Positions 24,601 to 38,862 of a stretch of DNA of 64,000 nt are shown one piece after another. The stretch covers positions 72,912,001 to 72,976,000 of the forward strand of contig NC_042999.1 in NCBI RefSeq assembly GCF_006345805.1. The letters are read 5' to 3'. Each line of letters opens with the position of its first letter. Position 1 is the first letter of the stretch. A model generated the notes under the pieces. That model ran no database searches. It worked only from the letters and a program-made list of their open reading frames with translations, and had not been told where the DNA came from. The position numbers were made by a program, and so were the translations under genes. The DNA is from Octopus sinensis. Its lineage: Eukaryota.

Positions 24601-26649
24601 CCTTCTATGCTGCTGCTTCCATGCTTGTTCTAGTGATTCAACCCTCGACTTTTATTTATATCATTATTTATACCATCTCATTCTGTCTCTTGTTAGCTTA
24701 AGTCATCTGTTGTCCACATTTTATAATCAAATATCAATTTTCAAGTGAGCAACTGATAAATAATTGCATTTATGCACATGCGTTAAGTGATAGGTGTTAT
24801 AGATAATTTAGTTAATAAAAACCCTGTCACTTTTCACTATCCACTCACCACCTCCACTATCATCATCATCATCATTACCATATCCATCACTCTTGTTTTC
24901 AGTAACAAAGCTCAGTCTAAGTTGTTTGCCAACCAAGATTATTTTTATTTCATTTCAGTTCAGTTCAACTGTTTGTTTCTATCAACTTTTCTTGCTGTTG
25001 ATGTATTGCTCTCCTCTTACAATACAAAGCTCAAATAACAAATTTAAAAAAGAACAAGAAAAAAATTCATAGCTATTTTGCTAAGTTATTTCACTTTGAT
25101 TTATCTTTCTATCTCTGATAAGTTTATCTTCATAACTGAGATAAACCCTCTTTCTTCTGTCCAAAGCCTTTTTTCTTCTGTCCAGTAATCAATGTATTTA
25201 GCCATGGGTATATAGATAAATAGAATGACAAATAGAAGATATGAAAAATTGAATATCAAAATGTTATTTTCTTGTCAGTCACCACAATATATTATGTTTA
25301 AAATTTCCCTCTGCTAAACACTTTATATTTCTCTTCTCTCTCCCCCTCTTAGTTTTCTTTATCTCTTACTTCAAAAAACTTGTTAACCATGTCATTCCCT
25401 TCTTCATGTTGTTATTTCTTTCTCTTTCCCTCTCACTTCCACTAACCGTGTGACAATGTAATGCATTGGCCGACAATAGTGCCACTTCTTTATCTTTCTT
25501 TGCATCTTACTCTCAATATAACTGCTCCCCCTCACTATCTGCCTTTCTTTAACCTCATCACCACAACTTCACCCCTCTGTAAAACATTGTATTTCTTAAC
25601 TTTCTTTTTCTATGTCTCTCCCCTCATCTAACTTTTTAACTACATAACAACTATTACTGTTAACACTTCTCTCTCCCTCTTTGCCTCTCACTTCAACTAA
25701 CTACATGACAGCATAACACATTCAGCCTTAGCTTATTAATATATACGCTGCTGCTGCTGCTGATGATGATCCTCCTCCTCCTCCTTCTTTCTACTATAGG
25801 CGTAATAATGCTAATAATAATTCTTAAACTTATGTTAATAATGATAACCTTAAAATCAACATGTTTATCTATCTATGCATACATATATACCTACCTACAT
25901 AGCCACACACTCCCTCTCTCATATCATGTGTGGAAACTGAAACAGTTTCATTGTCGAAGAATATTAGTTTCATGTTTGTTTCTTACTATGTACTATGACA
26001 TAAAAAAAACATTTGTCATGCTTCTGTGAACAGGTCATTGACATAATTTATTGATACAGTGCAGATATGTCAATAACTGTCTGACCTACAGAAGCTCTTA
26101 AATGGCTAAAATGATTCCTCCATGATGTAATTGTTTTACACGCGCGCGCGCGCACACACACACACACACACACTTGTAGCTGTGTATATTTTAGAAACTG
26201 AAAAAGCTGTGTTGCCAGTGCTAATGTTTAAGCCATCATCATCGTTTAATATCAGTTTTCCATGCTGGCATAGGTTGGATGGCTTGACAGGAGCTGGCCA
26301 GACTCCAATTATCTGTTGTGGCATGGTTTTTATAGCGAGATGATCTTCCTCATGCCAATCACATTACTGAGTCTGCTGGTAAAGTTTTAGATTTAGTCTT
26401 CATGCCAGGAAGTTTTGCAAGTGTCATCTGTCACAACTTCAGGTTGACCAAACTCTATGTGTGAAATCATATACTTGAACAATGAAATAGGTACAGAGAT
26501 AATGAGAGTTTCTAGAGACTGGATATGAAGAATGTTTGGAGTGTCTGTCTTGGTCATAGAGGGGAATAGGTGAGGATGATGTTGCAGAGAGTTCTGAATG
26601 GCCAAAAACAAAGGCTTGGCTTCAGCACCAGCAGTCATGATGTAGAAAT

Positions 26650-26980
26650 TGCACCAGAGCCAAGATGACTTTTTTTAGAATGGCAGATCTCAAAGTAGAT
26701 AATGCTACTGTTAATAGCATGTAAAAATTGAGTTGAAAAAATCCCATTAGATAGAAAAAGTCAATGGTTGAATGCCTGTCATATTTACAGTAGATGTATG
26801 TTCATATCCCATAGGCACCCCTTGATGTTGGCTTTGTAAGTAGTTTTCCGTGGAGAACGTTTCCTCATGTGCCGCCCACTTTATATCTAATTTTACAATG
26901 TATGCACTCGGCAAAACTTCACCAAACCATTTCTGTTCCACCAGTCTCATCATTGCATATACCAAGTGCAGAAACATCAG
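26650..26980 (-). pseudogene. Possible highly decayed Tc1/mariner transposase remnant
   Basis: Weak resemblance of HEETFS, QHQGVP and QPLTFS(I) to the SDE, QQDGAP and P.DF motifs. Confidence 0.3.
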
Positions 26981-27179
26981 GTGTCACTTTAAATCAATGA
27001 GGCCACCAGCCTTGGTGGTATCCCTTCTATTACTGTCAAACTGTATGATCTTCAGTTAATCTCTGACTATGCCAAAGTTTTCAGTCATTCTTATGGAACA
27101 TCATTCCCAATTTTTGGAAATATACTACTGTGTGTTTTCCCTAGAAGGGTATTCCCTCTGGCCCTACCAACTTACTGAT

Positions 27180-27560
27180 TTCACTTTCATTGCCTCAAGC
27201 TTAAAAGAAGTAGATATCCTCTCCCTCTCTTTATCGATCACCACTATGACTACTACTGTAAAGCATTATCTTTTGGCGTTGCTTTCTTATGCCATCTACT
27301 TGTGGTCCTATAATCTTGAAGAATTTGACAAAAGCACTTGACATCAATAAAGTATTTGACTGTTTAGCATGAAAATCTCCTCGATGAGCTGCTCACTTAT
27401 GGGCTTTATCTGTTTCTTATCTTGGTAGATAGCACTACTGCAGTGTGCTCCCCCCCTCTCTGACTTCACTATTAACTCTGTTGTTCCCACACTCATCCTC
27501 TTGTACATTAACAACCTGTTTACTGTCACACTGCTCACTCCTATTGGGATTATATCACTC
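27180..27560 (+). pseudogene. Decayed non-RTE LINE (CR1/L2/Jockey-like) RT remnant
   Basis: GCACTTGACATCAATAAAGTATTTGACTGTTTAGCATGAAAATCTCC gives ALDI.K.FD...HENLL. A later segment gives INSVVPTL.LLYINNL. Confidence 0.55.
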
Positions 27561-29674
27561 CTCACTCTCCTTTAGGCATAATCTCCATCACATACAACCT
27601 AGACACCACACAGCTTCTATGGACAGATATCTCTTAAATATTTTTCAGCAACTCAAAGACATATACAGAGCTTACTAAAACTGTTTCACATCATCAGAGC
27701 CAATAGAAAAGCCTAAAATGGAAAATCTTATGTTTCAATTTTTTTTTATAAGATAATTTTTGAATTTCTACAATTTTTTCTCATGATTATGTTAAGTTCC
27801 TTATTTGCAGATAAGCAAATCCTAGCTGCCTCTAGGAAAGATATCTGCCTCATTTGCTTTGCTAATAATACCTATCCCTGTGTACTGGAAAGGCTTCCTG
27901 TTTATATAAGAAATTCATTATTAGTTGTCATTAAATCTGTCAGATATAATTTTGACCCAATGCAGTTCCCTTGAGGAAGAGATATTTTAGATTACATTTA
28001 ATAAACTTGTGGTCATATTATCAAATATTAGTTACTCACTTTAATTGTGATGTCAGTACAAACGTAGAGTTGAATTTAATCAATAACATTGAATGAAAGC
28101 TTCTGGAGAGCATGAATATTCTGGTGTACTTTCTGCTAACCTTTTCAGTTACATCTTGAAGTAGGTAGCAGGCAGTTATACTGTCATTAAGCAGCAATGT
28201 ATAGATTTGACTATGAAGTACTTATGTGCAAATATGATTCTTGATGTATCTATTCAGATGTTCCCTAGTACATGTTTTTTTTCTTTCTTTTTCATTAATC
28301 GCTTACTCTACTGATAATTAAGCAGTTATGAACCACAGTAGATTACTGGTGTATCTATATAGTCTCTAAAGAATTTTCTGCATTGATTTTTCAATATTTA
28401 AAGTTGCAGTAGCACTGATATTAAAACGATTATTACTAAAGAATATAGAAATAGTTAAAATGTGTTTATGTTGCTCATAGATTTCCTTGACAAATATTGA
28501 CAAATATTAAATTACTCATAACAATATATTTTATATTCTATAAAATACAAATCAAGTTCCATAAAATTAATTAATTAACCTTTTTTTAAAACACCACAGT
28601 TCAAAAGGTGTAACTGAAGTTGGTAATTAAACTGACTTCATTTCACAAAAACTGAAATGCTCCATGCTTCAAAGGTAAACTGCACCACAGTTTTATTTTC
28701 TTAACATATCTTTATCTAGAAAATGCATGAATATCACATTTCATTTGCTCTCCATTAAAAGCGTAAGGTTCTCAAATCTAGTCAAAAGAAATTAATTTAA
28801 AATCCTGTGCATTACTAGTGTTAGAATTGGCAGAGATCCAACCAGTTATAATTATGTAATGACTTTCCATGGCAGCAACTGTCTTTCATTTTCAACCTGT
28901 CTAATTAAATATCAAAAAAAAAAAAAAAGACATTTTCACTACATGTATTTCTCCAACAACCACATTTTCATTCATGTTTTTATTTTTTTTCATTTTGTCA
29001 TGGATAAGCCTATAAATATGGATTCTCATGGGGATTATCTCATTCCGTAATCAAGATTAATATCACAGATGCTGATCTTCCTTCTTAGGAATAGAATTTG
29101 CTTCAACCCTTTAAATAGCTGCTTGTGCTTTTTTTATGTACAATACTTCATATCAAAGTAAAAACTTACAAGGACAGCAATTACTGTATACATAACATTT
29201 TGGTCTATATCTACAAAAATAATAAAATAATTTTTTTTAAAAGTGCTGTTGTTTATTTGTGGGAAAACTTTCAAGTAACAACTATGTATTCTATCACCTT
29301 CATGATGAACCCTGCTTTTCTGAGCTTGGTAACACTTAACCCTATGAAATCTCTTCATATTGAAGTCTTTTCCTCTACTCACCATCCTGCTAGTGTGTTC
29401 TCAGACCCTGTCAGAAGAATGCCCTATTCTTCTCTGGAAGTGTATATATTCCTAAAACTCCCTTCCTATTCATATTTTCGCTCCATCAACTAACTTGTAA
29501 CAATTCAGGTTGAATGCTGACTGCATTAATCTAACCCAGTTATTATTTGTCATTACCTCCTTACTAACAGATACTCTGTGTGTGTGTGTGTGTGTGTGTT
29601 TGTGTCTTTTTCCATTATACTGATTTCTGTCATAGCCACAAGGCCATAAATCTGAGATGCTAGTAGTTGATTAA

Positions 29675-29903
29675 CTCTTTTTGATACCAACCTACATGAA
29701 ACCACTCCTACTAGTTCTATGATATAAACTTCATGTTTTCAAGTGATCTAAATTAAAACCTTCCATCAAACTTTAACGTTAATTCATAATTTAAGCATCC
29801 GCTTAATATTGATGAAATAATCTTATTAAATTCTTTTTAATTATTTTTTTAATTAATTAAAGCAAAGTCAGTGTATTTCAATAAAAATAGTGTAACGAAA
29901 GGG
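29675..29903. mobile_element. piggyBac-type MITE, family A
   Basis: Right end GTAACGAAAGGG-TTAA. Left end TTAA-CTCTTTTTGATACCAAC is a degenerate TIR. Confidence 0.7.
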
Positions 29904-30829
29904 TTAAAACAACCCAGTACTTGTGTTCTTGAGACTTAGTCTTATTTTATTGATTTCCAGAGGGATGACTGGATAAGTTGAGATCACTGGGGTTTGGATC
30001 TTTGAATGTACACTGATTATTTCAGATTAAGGCAGAAGTAAAAGATCTGTAGTGGGGTAGGGATTTTCTGTTTGTTTTTCATTAAATTTAACAATCTATG
30101 CAACACTCCAATCTAGTGAAGGATCTCCCCCCCTCTCCCTTGACTGATAAAGATTTCCATGGAATTCATCTCGTAGATGTCAGCCATGCTTTGTGTTCAG
30201 TTATCTGACTTTTTAATGTTTAATTTCTTGCCTATTTATTCTAATTCTATTTAATTGTTTAGCTTGGTTTACTAAGTGAAGGTGTTAGAAAATGTTATCT
30301 ATTTTATCAATTTAATCCATTTCAATAATAAAAAGAAAGAGGTGAAATTTATAATTTTATAGATAAAGGAGAGAAGCACAATTTTTGATAAGATATTCAA
30401 ATTATTACAATGATGTCTGGTCTGAAGAGATTTCATCTTGATGAGTGTCATGATAAATTGAAGATGCTGGTATATTCTCAATTTTTGTTTGCTTTGTTAT
30501 TTTGGCTCTTGTCGTTTCAAAGCAAAGAATTGTATGTGGTGGCTAGTAGAATTAGTGAAGCAATAGTCAGAACATTTTGTGGTATTTAGTTATATCTCTT
30601 CCTGATTGAAGTTCAAACTCTCCCTAAGTTGACTTCGCTTCTGAATTAATAAGTTATTGGTCAAGTACTGGGATTGATAAGAAGACTGTATTCGTTAAGG
30701 CCCAGTGTGGCTATAGTTAAATGAGTGAGACTAATGAAAGAAAGTCACTTGATGTGATACATTTGAATATATGATAAGTATAAAGGTATTCTCTAAAAAT
30801 AGCTCTCTGCAGTAAGAGCTTGTAGGATT

Positions 30830-31380
30830 CCTGAGACACTCGTGAAAGGAAAATAAATGTGTTGGGCCTCACAACATGCTTGAGAAGACCCTTCAAGCCA
30901 AGTGAAATTGCAGTTGTGACCGCTGCCAGTGTCCTGTAACTTGCACTTGTGCTGGTAGTACATAAAAAGCATCCTTTGAATGTTGGGCAATATTCTGTGC
31001 TAGAGAAGACCCATCAAGCCAGTGGGCGATGCCAGTATCATGTACTTGGCACCCATGGCGGCAACACGTAACAAGCACCCATCAAACTTTGGGCCTCACA
31101 GAGGCAGTGACAAGTGACCGGGACTTCTGGCAATACACTGCACTTGAGAAGACTTGTGAAGCCAAGTGAGATCGCAGTCGTGGTTGATGCTGGTGTTTTG
31201 TAACTGGCACCCACGTCAGTGGCTTGTAAAAAGCACCCACTACATTTTTGGAGTGGTTGGTTATAGGAAGGGCATCCAGCTGTAAAATCTTTTTGGAACC
31301 TGGTACAGCTTACCAGTTTTCAGTCAAACCATTCGACCCATGCCAGCATGGAAAATGGATATTAAATGATGATGATGTTG
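30830..31380 (+). mobile_element. RTE-tail element with a distinct internal array (GAGAAGACCC.TCAAGCCAAGTG units)
   Basis: Three related units, then AAAAGCACCCACTAC..GGAGTGGTTGG..GGAAGGGCATCCAGCTG..CCATGCCAGCATGG-(GAT)n. Confidence 0.75.
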
Positions 31381-31718
31381 AGTAAAACTACTCAGAGCTA
31401 AAGGAAAGAAATTTATATGTTACATAACATAGTGGCAGGGATTTTTCAGTATGAGCCACACTTTATAGTGGGACTGAAGTCCTAAAAATGCTGCAGAACA
31501 TTTGCTCTAGAGCCAAACTCATATCATCCAAAGCAGGAGCAAAACACAAGCACGTATATTCATGGATACGCATACAAGCATTCTCATAGATATGGATACA
31601 TACACCCCCCCACCACACACACAATCCTCTTCTCTCTCTCATTTTATCTTACAATTTAGAGAATCTAACAAGGAATCTTTTTTAGACATCCTTAGGAAAA
31701 TCAAAATTGTTTCATTAA

Positions 31719-31938
31719 CCCTTTAGCATTTAAATCAGCTGTATCTGGCCTAAATATCCCTCCTGTTTTATGTTCAAACTGGCTTGATCTAACCTCTTAC
31801 ACTTACCCTACAATGTCGTTCTAAAAATAGACAATTACATCACCAAAATCTCATAGCTATGAGACAATACATAATTAATTCAGAACAATATGAATAAATA
31901 AGCATTATATTTGGCAGAATAATTTGAATTCTACAGGG
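31719..31938. mobile_element. piggyBac-type MITE, family B
   Basis: TTAA-CCCTTTAGCATTTAAA left end, degenerate right end, internal match to 11900-12124. Confidence 0.75.
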
Positions 31939-33023
31939 TCAAACATTTTTTGAATGCTATGATTTTGTACAGTAGATGCTTTTAGAAGAAAAAAAGTAAC
32001 ATTTTGATACTCCTCAAACTTTTATACTACTCTAGCAGGACCTGTGAATATTTCACAGAATTAATGGTAAACTTATTGGGTTATTTCTGAAAACTCTATC
32101 CAAAAAGCTTAGTTTAAAAAATTAATAAATACACATTTCACTTGCGACCACATCTCCAGGGACTGAAACAAGTAAAAGAATTAAGAAAAAAAAAAGAGAA
32201 AACATCCACTAAACTGATGTTTGAGTAGACAGATTACCAGACAGCCAACCAACCAAAGAATCAGTGGTTCATAGTATGGCACAGTATTTTAACTCTATTT
32301 AGCTTTTAAGTATATATAACAAAATGATGACAGTTCATTGTTGTAAGTAACAACAACTCAGTGGCATTATTGGCTTGAGGTGCTGAGTTCATTTCCTCCA
32401 GTTGGAAAGGTCATCTGTGATAGACCTAAGCTCAATTTGTATTTGTATCTCTGTTGCTTAACAACACATAGATAAGCGCCAGCTATATGAATCTTTGGGA
32501 CTCAGAAAAAAATGAGTTAGCTGACTAACGATTGAAACATAACATGATTAGTCAAACATGCTATGCAATACCCTTCATTTATCATTCAGATGGCTTGTTC
32601 TTTACTGCTCTTTTCAAAGTATATCTTCATTTTTCTACTCTGATAATTTATATATATAAAGGTTTATAACTGTAAATGTTAATATGTGTCAATTATTCGG
32701 TAGCCATGATAAAACATCATCGCCATCATCGTTTAACGTCCACTTTCCATGCTAGCATGGGTTTGTCACATATTATGTTTACAGATAATTTCCTCTATTT
32801 ACATAATATCGAGGTGTCTTTCATTCTTTTGTTGTCTTACCATTTTTATCAATAAAGGTTTATAACAGTATTTTTCCATAAAACAGAACTTTATAATTCT
32901 GTTATAACAAGATCCCAGTATTACCATTTATATCAAATCTGTAGTTAATCTATATTGATATGTCTCTGATATATTTTATCCATTCAACCATTACTTTGTT
33001 TTATTAATTTTCCATGTACGTAA

Positions 33024-33243
33024 CCCTTTAGCATTCAAATTACTCTGTCAAATGTAATGCTTATTTATTTACATTGTTTTGGATTAATCATGCATTATCT
33101 TGTAGTTTTGAGATTTTGATGATGTGGTTGTATATTTTTAGAATAACATTGTCGGGTATGTGCAAGAGGCCAGATCTGGTCAGTTAGAACTTAAAACAGG
33201 TAGAATATTTGGGTTGTGTATGTCTGGTTTAAATGCTAAAGGG
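33024..33243. mobile_element. piggyBac-type MITE, family B (opposite orientation)
   Basis: CCCTTTAGCATTC...AATGCTAAAGGG-TTAA. Confidence 0.8.
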
Positions 33244-34604
33244 TTAAACTATCTTCCTTGTTCATGCTGTGAATATTTTAAACTGTCCTTAATACTAAAT
33301 ATCCAAGCATCTTGGCTATTTTTTGTTCAGCTTTTCTTATTCATTGGTACTGAATCTCCTTAAATCACTGCAACTTGATATCCTGTTCAAATTAATAGCG
33401 CATGCACATGCACACACACACACACAAGTGTTTTTCTGTGTGTATACATCTACATTAATAATACACATGCATTTCTTTTTAGTACTAGATGAAATAACCA
33501 GGCTGAAAGAATAGCCTATCTGTCTACAATTCATCTTATTCATTCACTTCCAGCTGTTGCATAAACAGATCTCCGTACAGTAAGCTCTACTACCTAACAC
33601 ACGTTGATCAGATATTTATGTCAATTTCAATAACAGGACTGAACATGCTTTAATAGCTAATAGAAAGTATGTGGCTCTATAATTTACAACATAGCCCTGC
33701 TCACTGCAAACGGCTTATTTCTATTTCAACTCTTCAGTACAACTGGTTATGTAACTTAACTACAGCTTCTTGTTTGTCATATTTCCCTATCTTTGATTGA
33801 TAGGGTTAGTGTATGAATCAAGTGACTAGTGTCTGATGAATTTATAACCTTTTGTTTGTGTTTCCAATCTGATTTAACAATTGCTTGCCAATTTTGGTGA
33901 CTATCTGAATAACTTATGCTAAGAAGTGATGTTTTATAAGCTGAGAAAAAACAGGTTTTTAAATGGAAAAAGGGTATCTTAATGCAACAAGAAATAAAAG
34001 TGGAGATTTATCATTTAAAAATTTCCCATCATAAATTCTTGAATGAAACTTATAAAGAGGCTAGCAAATGAGCATGTGATTTGTGAGGACTTTAGGTCTT
34101 GTCAAGAACATGATACCTCTCTAAGGCATCCAGTCATAGAAACCAGTCTCAGTGTACAATAGTCCAACTGTGATGATCTATCATTCAACTCATGCCAGCA
34201 TGGAAAGTAGATGTAAAATGTTAATGATGATGACAATTAGTTTCTGTTGCTGTAGCTCTACATCTGATTTACAATAGGTGCAGTATTTGTGAAATTAAGG
34301 CGATTGATTATTAAAAATATAGTATGAAACTCAAACCAACCACTGGTGACTATTATCTATTATATTGTTTCCTGAGGCGAAGCACATTACTTTTGCTTGC
34401 TTCTGTCTGTTTGGTTTTAATAATTGGTTTTACTTCTACTGAATGGCTGAGTGGTTAGAAGATGAAAAGTCAGCTGTGAAAACATTCTCTCAATGTCATA
34501 CAGGTGTCAAAATTGTAAAATCTATCTCATTCATTCTGAGATGATTAACAGTTGTTATGATAGGAAAATATGTTTATGTCAACCTTTTTTGACAAAAAAA
34601 AAAT

Positions 34605-34690
34605 AAAAAATCACTATTTGTATTTTCTAATTGTCATCCCTGACTGCAAAAAATCACTATTTGTATTTTCTAATTGTCATCCCTGACTGC
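34605..34690. repeat. Perfect 43-bp tandem duplication
   Basis: AAAAAATCACTATTTGTATTTTCTAATTGTCATCCCTGACTGC occurs twice. Confidence 0.95.
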
Positions 34691-34750
34691 CTTGGCCACA
34701 ACCATTATCATCACTGCTGCCTCTGTCTCTGTCACAACTACAGCACATAC

Positions 34751-36312
34751 TATCACTATCACCCCATTATGTTTGTTCAGTATGTTGGTTCAGTGTTCAG
34801 TCCCTCTTTCTCTCACATACCCACTTTTTCTCTCACATACTCTTTCTGTCTCTTATTACTCCCATTGCTACCATCAACACTACTACTTTTAATAAAAACA
34901 TCATCAACTCTCCCTAAATTTCTTTGTCTCTCTTTTTTCTTCTTCTCTCTCTCTACCTCTCTCTTTGCCACTGTCCTCACCATTTCTATGCCTACTGTTA
35001 CTCTCACCCCACTATGAGCAATAGTAGAAGTGTCAGTGAATATTGAAAGAGGAGGGGTTGAAGTGACACACTGACACACAGAAATTAGTTTTCACGTTTA
35101 TTATATTAGACAGGCTAACTTACTAATTGGACAATATATGGTCTTGCTCCTTTTTTTGTTAAGCAATTGCTACACTCTCCCTGCCCCTTTCTTCTTTACA
35201 GTATTTGCTTTGAAGTCATATATTTATTGCATTTGTTAAATCTTATTGGTTAAACTATATACACCTATCTTTGATTTTGAGTGGATCATGACAGATGTGT
35301 AAACATTAACAACAACTTTTCTTTTTTCTTTAACAAATATTTCACGTCTTTGATGGTACCTATGCCATAGTATGTTTGGCATTGTTCTATCTCTGTAAGT
35401 GATCATAGGTGTAACAAATAGATCAGATCAGAGTATATGCATATGTATATAATGCACACATACATGTACTTGCACACACACACACACACACACACACATC
35501 TCTTTCTAAATATCATTGTAGATTATATTTTCACACACATGCCTTATACAAGGTGTGGCGCATTTACCAATCAAGAATGCATATTACATCTTACTAGGCA
35601 ACACTAGTATGAATTGCAGAAAAGTGAACATACCTTGCACCTGTTTTTTAACTCACCATCTAAAATGGTCAGCCTCTCAACAATCAGAAACAGTTACAAT
35701 GCTATATATAAATGACTATGATAGCAAACTAAACATGCTAAAAAATACTGTAGGGTTTGGAATACAAATCTCAATGGTTCCATAACAAGGTACAAGGCAA
35801 AATGAACTAATGCAATAACTGTCAGATAAGTAGTTTAAGTTCAATAAACTCTGATCTGATCTATTTGTTACACCTATGATCACTTACAGAGATAGAACAA
35901 TGCCAAACATACTATGGGATAAATACCATCAAAGACGTGAAATATTTGTTAAAGAAAAAAGAAAAGCTGTTGTTAATGTTTACACATCTGTCATGATCCA
36001 CTCAAAATCAAAGATAGGTGTATATAGTTTAACCAATAAGATTTAACAAATGCAATAAATATATGACTTCAAAGCAAATACTGTAAAGAAGAAAGGAGCA
36101 AGGAGAGTGTAGCAATTGCTTAACAAAAAAAGGAGCAAGACCATATATTGTCCAATTAGTAAGCTAGCCTGTCTAATATAATAAACGTGAAAACTAATTT
36201 CTGTGTGTCAGTGTGTCACTTCAACCCCTCCTCTTTCACTATTCACTGACACTTCTACTATTGTTTATAGTGAGGTGAGAGTAATAGTAGGTATAGAGAC
36301 GGTGAGGATAGG

Positions 36313-36365
<53 letters not shown>

Positions 36366-36676
36366 GGAGAAAAAGAGAGACAAAGAATTGTAAACTATGA
36401 ATTTAAAGTTATATTGCAGCCTCCATTCTTCAATTTCTCTCTCTCTGTCTCTCTCCCTCTCAGATGGCAAACTGTGGATGATAATGATGTGATAGTGATA
36501 CAGATACATCATTTTCATTTATTTATTTCACATAGACAAAGAAATTTAGGGAGAGTTGATGATGTTTTTATTAAAAGTAGTAGTGTTGATGGTAGCAATG
36601 GGAGTAATAAGTGAGAGAAAGAGGGACTGAACACTGAACCAACATACTGAATGATGATAATGGAGTGATAGTGATA
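34751..36676. repeat. Long inverted duplication (arms ~34751-35434 and 35848-36676; 413-bp spacer)
   Basis: The inner ~330 bp has only a handful of mismatches by eye. The outer parts match with indels and a microsatellite interruption. Confidence 0.92.
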
Positions 36677-37782
36677 CAGATACATCATTTTCATTTATTT
36701 ATTTCACATAGACAGTAGGGCACTATTTAAGCTTGGACTCTACTGCTATATCTGTAGTCTAACATGTGAAACAACCTGATTTGTATTAGGATTTAGCATT
36801 GGGGTTAGGGTTTAGAGTTAAGGTTAGACTGTACACTTAAATGTAAATGGCCAGGTAGATCACAAGCTAAAGCAGCACTGACATTGGTCATATCTCAACT
36901 AATTTCTAATTAGCTATAAATGACTGAGTGAGTAAATCCTTTGATTTGACAAATTAAAATTAACTCCTTGAGGTTCATGCATGTCTTGTTATCACTCCTA
37001 CCTTCACCTCCAGACTCAGTATGCATAATATGCAATTATATGAATGCACATTTATATGAATTCACGCGTGTGTGTGTTTAGTATATGTGCATGTATACAT
37101 ACATAAATATGTGAATGTGCATATGTGCTTAGGCACTCTCTGTATAAATATGAGTGCTTATATGTGGATATGGTTGCATATGTATGTGTATCCAAATATA
37201 AAAGAGATGCAGAGCTAAATCAACAGGCATATAGTGATGTATACACATACAATTATAAAATTGTTTGTACATATAAGAATTTGTCTATATGTAGGTATCA
37301 GTGTGTATATTTTCATGTACACGGATAAACTGACAGACACAGTACAAGCATGCAGATACATGTCCATAAGAGTGGTCAAGCAGAGAGATTTATAGATATG
37401 GGTAGTTTGTTAAGTAGATTTATACACGAATATATATGATTATAAATTTGATAGTATTTACGTATCTGTGTATATATCTTTGTCTGCTCATGTAAATGTA
37501 TGTATGTATGTATGTATGTATGTATGTATGTATGTGTGTGTGTGTGTGTTTGTATGTGTGTGTATGTATGTCAACACCTACCTACCTATGTGTATACACT
37601 TGGAAAAATATGCATATTTGCAAATATTCCTGTGTATTGTAAGCATACATACACTTCAGACATTCATTACATGATTAGTAGCTCTCAGGATACTCAGTAT
37701 GGCAATAATAAATAAATAATTGCAGTCTACTTCTGAATCGAGTGATTTTTCTTCTTGGTTGCAAATTCAGTGGTACACACAG

Positions 37783-37896
37783 ACACATGCACACACACGT
37801 GAGCACACATACATACATGAGCACACACATGTGAGCACACACACATGTGAGCACACACACATGTGAGCACATACACATGTGAGCACACACACATGT
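37783..37896. repeat. Minisatellite (ACACATGTGAGCAC-type units)
   Basis: Repeated 14-16-bp units. Confidence 0.85.
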
Positions 37897-38802
37897 GTAT
37901 GGAATGATTCAAAAGTCCATTTAATATCAGTATGAACTGGCTAACCATCAAGGTCGTTTGAACTTCTTAATGTATATCCTATCTTCTCTCTCCCCTTATG
38001 TCTCCCTATCTCTGAAAAGCGTTGAGTGCTCCGTGTGGATGACACCTACTGTTAGAGGATGACCTGTGATGACTGGTTTCATAAGGTTGAACTTCTCAAA
38101 AGAGATGACAAAGTCTGCATGTAACAAGTGGCATTCAAGCATGGCAAAATAAATGTTAAAATGGTAGTGCGGGATATAGATTTGGATTTAGATTTGTCTG
38201 CTTGGAACCCCATCATTAATCTTCTCCCTACCTTATGGCTATACCTTTCCTACAGTCCTGTTGCTTGTATGATGAGGGATGTTATTGAATCTCTCCGTAT
38301 CCAATCCTCTCATTGTCACTCTTTATCTCCATTATTGCTTTTATAATGAGAAATGGTACCTGGGCCTGTTGATATTCTGTTATTACTACCATAAGCTATC
38401 ACTGCCTTTCTCGGATTACTCTCTTTTTTATCACTTACTGATATTCCCCCCTCTCTCTCTCCAACCTCATTCTTTCTGTCATCCATCTTTATTGCTATCC
38501 CTTACACTCTCTCTTCTTTTCATCATTCATTGTTGACATACACCATTCTCTCCCCCCCATTACTTCCTTGTCTATTACTCCCCCCCATCACTTCCTTGTC
38601 TATTACCCCCCCCCCATCACATCCCTCATGGTGTTTCTCTCTTCATTCTCTTTACTAGCAACCAACATATCTGTTGCTACTTATCACTGTGTCTCTTCCA
38701 TTACTATTCCTTTATTCCTCTCTCACTTCCTAGTCTTTTCCCTCCATCTTAATCCCTCTTCTCTCACTTTTTTGCCTTGGATTTCTCTCTTTTATCAGAG
38801 AA

Positions 38803-38862
<60 letters not shown>

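Noticed and set aside
30362-30469. Exon-like plus-strand segment (MMSGLKRFHLDECHDKLKML)
   Set aside because: The best acceptor gives stops in all frames and the donor is weak, so it is not supportable without RNA data.
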